Assembly (NCBI RefSeq): GCF_004010195.1
Contig: NC_057718.1
Span: 33,859,961 to 33,901,389 of the forward strand
Length of the DNA stretch: 41,429 bases
Reading direction: 5' to 3'
Origin: Chiloscyllium plagiosum
Taxonomy: Eukaryota
Shown: positions 35,081 through 41,429 of the stretch, piece by piece
How the letters are laid out: the number at the start of each line of letters is the position of its first letter
Numbering within the stretch: the stretch's first letter is position 1
Made by a program: the position numbers and the translations under genes
Notes under the pieces: generated by a model
Told to the model about the DNA's origin: nothing
The model's database searches: none
What the model saw: only the letters and a program-made list of their open reading frames with translations

Positions 35081-36711
35081 TATTTTAATATCAAATCAAT
35101 TATATAGTTACGTTTAAGGATAAACAGGTTATGGGTGTTTCTTGATTACTTTTCTTTGAGCACATATTAAAAGGGGAGAAGAAGTTTATGGTGCAGTTTT
35201 ATCTCTGGGCCAGAATATTTGAGTTCTAATTCTCATTTACCTCAGAAATATGTCATAATGTGTCCAAACAGAATGATTAAAAATAATTATTAAAAGGCAA
35301 CAGCAGGGACACTGGGGTTTGTAATTTGGGGATCTATGACACTGTAAATATGTCAAAAAGTTTGTTATTGAGGAGAAGCTCTGTGCCTTGTTCCTGATTC
35401 AGCATCAGCCTCAGATTCACTGAACAGCTTAAACATGAACATTAGAAACTAAGATTTTTTTTCCAGACATAAGATGATAACTGAAGTTACCTTTGAGAAG
35501 ATTGTAACTCTAGTTATTTTTTGAGATGTGTTACTGTGACCATGAATAGCCTTATGACCAGTGGATACATGAAATGAATATGTGAACATGGGTTATATAC
35601 TTAGTAAGATAAAAACAAGTTATACCTTTGGCACTGTCACTTTCCACTAGAATCAGGATTAGCTGTAATTTTAGAGCTAGAGAATCATCAGTTGGATCCT
35701 AAGGAAAGTTTTTATGGTCCATAACAACTTAGGGAGAACGTTGAGAAGAAGAAAGATCTATTGCATATGAGGCTTGATCAGAGTTTGATAAATTTCAAGA
35801 GACAGATGGTTATTTCTTAGAAGAATAATATATCATAGAATTTAACACATACATCAAAAATTGCAGAAATTCTGTTTCAAAATTCCTAATTCAATGCTTT
35901 CAGATCATTGGATTGTGCTCAAATATCGAACCTGGACAGGCTCCTGGCCTTAACATGAGTTAGAACCAGGTCCTCTTTTGAAACAGATGTCTGAATCTTT
36001 TTTTTAAAAAAATAGGAAAACATTCATTTCCAACAGCCTTCATGGTACAAATAGGACATCTGGCATTGTCACAAAGTATAGTGAATTCAGTACTCTCTTT
36101 ATTCAATGGCCACTCAGATTTGGGATAGAAACCTTTTTAGTAAACCCACTCAATCACAGTGATTCAGTAGTAATCACAAAAGATTGAATCTCAGGAAAGC
36201 CAAGGGAATTATCGATTGCTGTTGCATATGTGGTTCACTATTCATTGGTAAACTGTCTAAAATGAAACAACAGATTGTTTGAGGTAAGGCATGACCTGGA
36301 GGTACAGACCTGGAAGTTGAGAATAATGATCAGTCTGAGGACATTGCATTGGTACAAGAAGCATCAATCTGGTAAGGAATGTTAGACAGTGGTCACACAC
36401 CGTCAGTATGTGAAATGGATAGATTGAAATGTTACTTGGAGTCCTAAGTAGAAGGGATCTAAGTAAGATGAAGAAAAATAAAAGTTCTACCTGCTTGAGT
36501 TTCTGGGATAACAAGTCACTAAAAAGAATGGTGATTTCTATATAGAATAAACAGAGTAAGCCACCATATTTGTACCGGTGTTGTATCCAGAAACTAGCAA
36601 AAAAGAAATGATGGGCCTTGGTCAATTTGACCATAATTGACAATGCATACCCACCTGGTCAACTTGACAGGATGTTTACTTTTGGGATCTGCAAATATCA
36701 GTAAATACTTG

Positions 36712-37226
36712 ACTGGATCAGGTGTACTCTAGAATTCTGTGGGAAGCTAGGGAAGTGATTGCTAGGCCCCTTGCTGAGATATTTGAATCATCGATAGTCA
36801 CAGGTTTGGAGCTGGAATACTGGATGTTGTCTAACGTGGTGCCACTATTTAAGAAAGGTGGTAAAGAAAATCTGGGGAATTATTGAGCGATGAGCCTGAC
36901 AAAGGCAAGGACTGATTAGGGATATTCAACATGGTTTTGTGTGTGGGAAATCATGTCTCACTAACTTGATTGAGTCTTTTGAAGAAGTAACAAAGGGTAT
37001 TGATGAATGCAGCTTGGCGAATGTGATCTAAATGGAGTTAAGTAAGACATTCAACAAGGCTCCTCATGGTAGACTGGTTAACAAGGTTAGATGGTTACAT
37101 GGAATACAGGGAGAACAAAGCCATTTGGATTCAGAACTGACTCGAAGGTAGAAGACAGGGTGGTGGTGCCTTTCAGACTGGAGGGTTGCCTTTCAGACTG
37201 GAGGCCTGTGACCAGTGGTGTGCCAT
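36712..37226 (+). mobile_element. CR1 RT fragment containing an 18-bp tandem duplication (37167-37184 / 37187-37204)
   Basis: QHGFVCGKSCLTNLIESFEEVTKGIDE; tgcctttcagactggagg occurs twice. Confidence 0.85.
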
Positions 37227-37671
37227 ATGGATAGGCACCCACCTCATGGATTTGACCATGGTTCACCTTGTTTCCTGTCTTGGCACTCACTTACCTAGTT
37301 GTTCCTTACCTTGCCTTTTGGTGCTGATGCAAAGACAGACAGCTCCTCGTGGGTGTCTGTAGTTATCAATCAAGAAGGTAAAAATATTGTTATACACCAC
37401 CATGCTACGTCAGTCTTACACCTTAAATGTGTCAGCAGTGTATGCAGCAAATGAGCTGCATGTGCTTTAACCAAATGGACCTGTCTCAAAGTCTATAGAG
37501 AGTAGTCCCCAGTCAAGTCAAGAAAGACACCCTTCAGTCAGGGGGTTCTGGCACAGTAAGCTATGGGACAGAGTCCAATATCAGCCCAGGGGCTTTGACA
37601 CGGTCATTTGGCCACTTAGATGATCAGGAAGTTTGTATCATTACAGTCCATGAAGTGGGTTGTACCTTCAA

Positions 37672-37799
37672 TTCCTGATGAAGGACTCCGGCCCGAAACG
37701 TCAATTTTCCTGCTCCTCGGATGCTGCCTGACCTACTGTGCTTTTCCAGCAACACAGTCTCAACTCTGATCTCCAGCATCTGCAGATCTTACTGTCTCC
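37672..37799 (+). mobile_element. Solo PLE terminus (family B-related) with hammerhead motif at 37673-37702
   Basis: CTGATGA(37675-37681)-a-ggac-tccg-gccc-GAAA-CG-TC, then ggatgctgcctgacct...tgatctccagcatctgcag. Confidence 0.8.
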
Positions 37800-40146
37800 G
37801 AGAGGTAATGTCAGGCATAGCAAGCCAGACAGGACTTGATTAATACCTGGTTCCAATAGATGTGAGTTGGTGCAGTGCTCACTCATGGACTGTAAATTTG
37901 TTGCTGCTCGAAAGACCAGCAGTCTGTTTTATTCACTGAAGCAAATCCAGTTCTTATAGAGTCATCTAGCATGGAAACTTCTTCTTTGTTTTTTTCCTCA
38001 GTTTTGCTGTTGCCAAATAAAAGTAAAAGATTTCATCTGTTTGAATCTTTCCAGTATGTGATAGTTGTACATTGAACAATGAGAATGTGTTGAGCTTTGG
38101 AGGGCATAGGGGAAAGAGTATCACTCTCTTAGGCATGGTTCGAAGATGGGATGTTGTTAAGGATAGATAACTGATTTCAACTTTAACCTGGATGCAATTA
38201 GCCTACAATGTCCTAGCTGAGGCGTTCACTGGACCCTTCAACTTTCTAATCTACATTAATAATACAAGTTTCTTAATCACTAATAGCACTAAAATATTAG
38301 AAATTGTAGAAACCGAGGATGATGCGAAATGTTTCCTGTATATTTTAGTTTGTTTTACAATGGGAGAACAAATGGTGATTGAAACATTTAGTGCAATATA
38401 CATTGGTAGAAAATAAAAAGCACCACCATACACAATGCAAGGAGGGTCCAGAGAATAGTTATGGGCTTCTTCCCTTATGAGGTAAAGCACTGAGGGGTTT
38501 GCATAGAAGTGCAAAATGAGGATTAAAGTTTAATAATATATGAAGAAATTCAGACTCTATAATCTGCATAGAAGGAATCCAATGAGACAACAGCCATCCG
38601 ATCCAACAAAATGTTCCACTCAAAGAACTGAATTCTAGTTAGAACCAGGACTCTGTCTGCACTAAGCACTTTAGCCCAATCCAGCAAGTTAAATACTTAT
38701 GTAGGTCCATAGTTCCTCATATTATTTTTTTCAGTATTTAATGCAATCTGTTATAATTTCTCAAAGACGTTTAGCAGATCATCTTTTTTTGTAAATTTCA
38801 GCCAAATCTAGTAGAAGATGCAAATTTTTATTACAATATAACTGATGGCACAATTACTTAAAAAGTAATTTACTTCAAGTTATATTTCTGAACAGAAGCA
38901 ATAATACCAAGGCCATACCTTGTTTCCTGTCTGGGAAGAATGTAATGTCTGCCAATCATATCCACTTCATTAATTCACTATCCAATTAATCATTATGTAC
39001 TGTCTCTGTTACCATTGGAAGGCAATTATATCCCTACAGTTTACGCTCACTCTCTGCCATTTTTCACAATTGTAACTAGAATTATAAGTTTATATCTGAA
39101 TGGTTTTTGCATAAATTCCATAATTCTCCCTAAGTGAACCATTTTCTGCTTCCACTTTGTATTCTAGAATGTTAAGGGTAGAATTGGAATAATTCTTTAC
39201 ATATGTTTTATTTCTAAAGATACATATTCTAAGCATATGCCTTCCATAGTTTTAGCCTGTATCGATGGATATGGGCAAGAGTGAATGCCCAGTTCATCTC
39301 CATTATGAGCATACAATTATTCACAATTAATATGCACCTAATAAATTGCCTATGCACAATTGATTGTATTACACTTCAGACAGACAGACAGTTACACATC
39401 ATCTTTTTCGCCTCCAAATTATGTAATAAAATACAAATTCAATATTTAGGAGAAACCTGTTCATGTTCCAGTTGTTTCTGTATGTAATGTTCATGTGAGA
39501 CAACCCCAGATCAATTTATGGATATATCAAGCTTGAATTCTGACATGTGTTTTTTAGAAGAGGACTGATTCAACAAAAATGACTCAGGATGTAAATTTAT
39601 TTGCTGTTTGGAGAGAGACCCTGGAATGTCACTCCTGATGAGATGTTAAGGAAGCTTCAAATGATATGGACGTAAAAGGAAGAAAATGCACTACAAACTG
39701 AATTGTAATCTTTTCTGATTTATTTCAGACTGTAGACCTGTTGAAAGGAAAGATAGTAATTCACAGTCACTTTCCCCTTTTGAGAATACACAAGAATGTG
39801 GTTCTAAAAGCCAGATCAATCTTAGTTAGTGGAAGAAGCTGTGATTTCTGCCGATAGGCTGAAGTACTCATCTAATAGTATAGATTCCAGTGCTTGTGTG
39901 CTGTGAATGTCAAAGTTGACAAACCACCCACTGGTCATGCCTGCCATACAGGAAAAGGATACCCACACCCTAACTACTAAAAGCCAGCAAGCCAATCAAA
40001 AAGAAGTAGGATAAAAGAATTTCAGTCAGTGTGCAAAACCAAAAATCTTGAAGTCAACTGTTCAACTATCTCACTATCGAGTCTTAACAAATGATTCACT
40101 GTCTGTACATTTTGTTACTTCAATTTGCTTTTGACTCACTTTTTTT

Positions 40147-40458
40147 TGGATTTGATTACTTGTTGGGCCGAAGGACCGGTTTCCACACTAAGACCACACC
40201 AACCCTCCAAAGAGCAACCCACCCAGACCCATTCCCCTACATTTACCCTTTCACCTAACACTGCGGGCAATTTAGCATGGCCAATTCACCTAACCTGCAC
40301 ATCTTTGGACTGTGGGAGGAAACCAGAGGACCTGGAGGGAACCCACGCAGACACGGGGAGAATGTGCAAACTCCATACAGACAGTTGCCCGAGAATTGAA
40401 CCCGGGTCCCTGGCACTGTGAGGCAGCAGTGCTAACCACTGTGCCACCGTGCCGCCCC
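40147..40458 (-). mobile_element. HE1/V-SINE-like tRNA-derived SINE
   Basis: Minus strand: ggggcggcacggtggcacagtggttagc (A box), gggttcaattc (B box), ggagtttgcacattctccccgtgtctgcgtggg (V domain), tail gtaatcaaatc. Confidence 0.9.
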
Positions 40459-40884
40459 AATTATTTCTAATCTGTGTATATAGCATTAGTATTTCTCTTT
40501 GAGTTTGTATTGAAACATTTAGTGCAATATACGTTGGTAGAAAAAAAAGAACATCATCGTGCACAATGCAATGATGGAGGGAGACATAAAGGTCCAGAGA
40601 ATAATTATGGGCTTCTTGCCTTCTGGGATAAAGCAAATAGCAAAAGCAAGTAGAATGTGTGATCAAAAGACTGTAGTTACCCAAATGTTCTACTGAGGCT
40701 GACCAGTGCATTGGGCAAATTTGTCTCAAAGTATTCACTATGTTAAACTTTAGTCACCATATCCTAGGAAATACACATAGAAGCATGGGGAGTTTGCATA
40801 GAAATGCAAAAAGAGGATTAAACTTTAATGACATATAAAGAAATTCATACTCTTTTGTTAACTAACAAGAACCAAGTTAAATTT

Positions 40885-41429
40885 TGTGCACATTCAGCAA
40901 TTGACCGAGCATATTGCAGCGCTGACGAAAGAACTCGAAGACCTTAGGCTCATCCGAGAAAACGAGATCTTTCTGGACAAGACCTTCAGCGATGTTATTA
41001 CACCAATCATGCCAGAAGAGAGCAGAAGAGAGCAAATGATGAGGAAGGCAGAGAGGAAACAGGTGCAAGAGACCCCGGGAGAAGTACCTGTCAGGAACAA
41101 GTTGAAGCTTTTGGAAGCAGAGACTGATGACACTGCCAGTTCGCAAGGCGGCCAAGTTTGTCAATCAAAAGTTGCCGCAGAGGCAGAGCGGAAGAATCAG
41201 ACATCGCACAGAGCCGTGGTAATAGGGGACTCCATCGTGAGAGGAACTGACCGGGAGTTTTGTGGCAGCAGACGGGATTTAAGGATGGCGTGTTGCCTTC
41301 CTGGTGCCAGGGTGAAAGACATCGCGGACAGAGTGCAGGAAATCCTCAAGGATGAGGGTGAAGAGCCAGAGGTGGTGGTACATGTCGGCAAAAATGATGT
41401 CGGGAAGAAGAGGAGGAACATACTACAGC
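40885..41429 (+). mobile_element. Young 5'-truncated CR1 LINE, ORF1 with coiled coil and SGNH/GDSL esterase domain (open to window end)
   Basis: Stop-free frame VHIQQLTEHIAALTKELEDLRLIRENE...AVVIGDSIVRGTD...CCLPGARVKDI...VVVHVGKNDVG with the GDS, PGA and GxND esterase blocks. Probably absent from the ORF track because it has no stop in the window. Confidence 0.9.

Noticed and set aside
39710..39740. Acceptor-like ttttctgatttatttcag as the next THADA exon
   Set aside because: The phase-2 frame gives CTG TAG, an immediate stop; the next exon probably lies beyond the window.

Overview
Eukaryotic, vertebrate intronic DNA. The repeat content (HE1/V-SINE-like SINEs, many CR1 LINEs, Penelope-like elements) suggests a cartilaginous fish such as a shark; this is an inference. 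Three internal coding exons of THADA lie on the + strand (14663-14748, 32001-32431, 32750-32874) with compatible splice phases. Most of the remainder is transposable-element debris: CR1 LINEs (including a young ORF1 esterase at the right edge), a Rex1/Babar LINE, a Tigger/pogo-like MITE, tRNA-derived SINEs, a probable solo LTR and several families of Penelope-like elements (PLEs). The most striking pattern is about a dozen minimal type-I hammerhead-ribozyme motifs (CUGANGA-stem II-GAAA-NN-UH) on PLE termini. Two short fold-back PLE elements sit in one CR1 at near-identical CTCTGYAATCT targets with 13-14 bp TSDs, and one is a near-perfect palindrome with a hammerhead on each strand. Other oddities are a ~99% identical 282-bp inverted templated insertion and a 28-bp micro-inversion in a SINE tail. 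All family assignments come from motif recognition, not database searches.
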